DNA of 61,103 bases, from positions 1 through 61,103 of the forward strand of contig JABANN010000151.1 in assembly GCA_013115125.1 (NCBI GenBank). Direction: 5' to 3'. Position 1 is the stretch's first letter; every line of letters starts with the position of its first letter. A program made the position numbers and the translations under genes. Source of the DNA: Perkinsus olseni. Its lineage: Eukaryota. The notes beneath the pieces are model-generated. The model did not search any database and was not told the DNA's origin. It worked only from the letters and a program-made list of their open reading frames with translations. Below are positions 59,806 to 61,103 of the stretch, in pieces.

Positions 59806-60900
59806 TCACACGTTATTTATAGGTGAACGGGAGAACCCGACAAGAGAGCGTTCTTCTGACTGGAGGCGGTTCCGAGGGGGAGAGGGAGGGCTTGACTCGT
59901 CCTCCAACTGAAAGGAAACTCATCGATATTGAACTTGATTAAGGGGGGCTTACATCATAGCGACAGAGCGGGCACTGGATGTTGTCAGACCTCAAAAACC
60001 ACCTGAACCGAGGATCGGAAGTCATGACCGCGCGCCACGAAATTCTCGACTTTACTTGAAGAGGCAGTCCTCATGGAATACGTGACCGCACTCGAGCTCG
60101 CAGACCATATCATCAGGCTTATACTCGCCAAGACACACAGCGCAGTCTGTTTCACCGTTAGTGTGCCTGAACACGACGATCAGCGATGTTCAGGCGGCCA
60201 GAAGCAAGAGTATAGTAGACTCACAGCTTCCACGCAGGACACAGCTCATCTGCACTATCGCCATGGTCCCTATCGTCGTTGCCATCATCCAACTGGATCG
60301 CAGAAACCACCATGTGCAGGCGGCGGTGCTCCCCAGAGTCCGCAGAGATCGGCTGCGTCTCGGCTGAGGCCTCATCGAAGGAGCCCTCGTCGAAGGAAGA
60401 AACCTGTTGAGTAAACCCATTCTCCCAGCCCAGTGAAGGTCCACAAGGAGTAGCACGGCTTCTAGGCCTCACAACCCCGTAGTACTCCCTCATAGAGCCC
60501 GACCCATCGACCTCGAAGGGAATGGGACCTACCATAGTGCTCATACGTCTTCGCAGCAAGATCTTATAGTCTTTGTATTCTGCACGAACGGTCTTTTCCT
60601 CCACCAGAGACTTCAACCGTCTCCGTCGTTTTGTCGCAGGATCTTGGCACTCCTCGTCCCAGGAGACATCGCGACCAGACGAACGGCAGAAATACAACCG
60701 GAGCTGAGAAAATAAGCCGAGTTATCACCGTGTAAATCGATCAACAGACCGACCACAAAGACAGTGCCCATGACCACAACCGCTGCTACGGCCGCGATGA
60801 CGATGTAGAGTATGTTGTGCGTCTCTGGCGGCTCCGCGTTGCTGCCTGTCGCACTGGCTAAGGATGCCATTGTCGGGGCCGAAGTTGTGGTGATGTTCAT
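59806..60900 (-). CDS. Transmembrane RING-H2 E3 ubiquitin ligase (ATL-like)
   Basis: N-terminal TM ILYIVIAAVAAVVVMGTVFV; spliced RING CAVCLGEYKPDDMVCELECGHVFHEDCLFKWFLRSDNIQCPLCR (not shown in the ORF track). Confidence 0.9.
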
Positions 60901-61052
60901 AGCGATGATATCTGTTCTTACAAAAGAAAGCTAACAAGCCAGAAGCGCAATGGCGGGCAAAAACTGTGACAGCAATCACCAGAATCAGGGTATTCACGCA
61001 GCGATCTCGTCTTGCTCCTTCGGTCGCGGGACTACACCATTTCCAGACCTAC

Positions 61053-61103
61053 TTAGTAAAACCCCAGAGCAATTTAATAAAGCCCAGAGCAAATTAGTAA
61101 AAC
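61053..61103. repeat. ~20-21 bp tandem repeat at the window end
   Basis: TTAGTAAAACCCCAGAGCAAT / TTAATAAAGCCCAGAGCAAA / TTAGTAAAAC (truncated). Confidence 0.85.

Overview
Eukaryotic, gene-dense nuclear DNA with many short (~40-55 nt) GT-AG introns and no prokaryotic signatures (no operons, CRISPR or rRNA). The gene content and intron style suggest a Perkinsus-type myzozoan protist; this is inference, not a database result. The window runs from a poly-C tract and a decayed non-LTR retrotransposon to a ~20-bp tandem repeat, so it may be a whole contig. Genes lie in alternating same-strand blocks: (+) two ankyrin paralogs, ARL6/BBS3; (-) a secreted Cys-rich protein ending in a GT-D-fold (DUF1792/GT101-like) glycosyltransferase domain, a hypothetical, UBA3; (+) FAM228-like, UNC-93-like MFS, a GPI-anchored mucin-like protein; (-) UCH-L3, histidine phosphatase, CFAP300, flavin amine oxidase, a tandem array of GT31 galactosyltransferase-TSP1-transmembrane genes (one intact, two disrupted, one orphan exon), ankyrin, hypothetical, second UNC-93; (+) hypothetical, presequence-chromo barrel-10xWW protein, CDC14, a mitochondrial single-TM protein; (-) hypothetical, TylF-like O-methyltransferase, HYKK/APH-like kinase, TM RING-H2 ligase. 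Most notable: the adhesin-like GT31-TSR type I membrane architecture with mosaic evolution, the bacterial-type GT-D domain, and the apparently mitochondrion-targeted multi-WW protein. Gene models were spliced by eye and the coordinates span introns.
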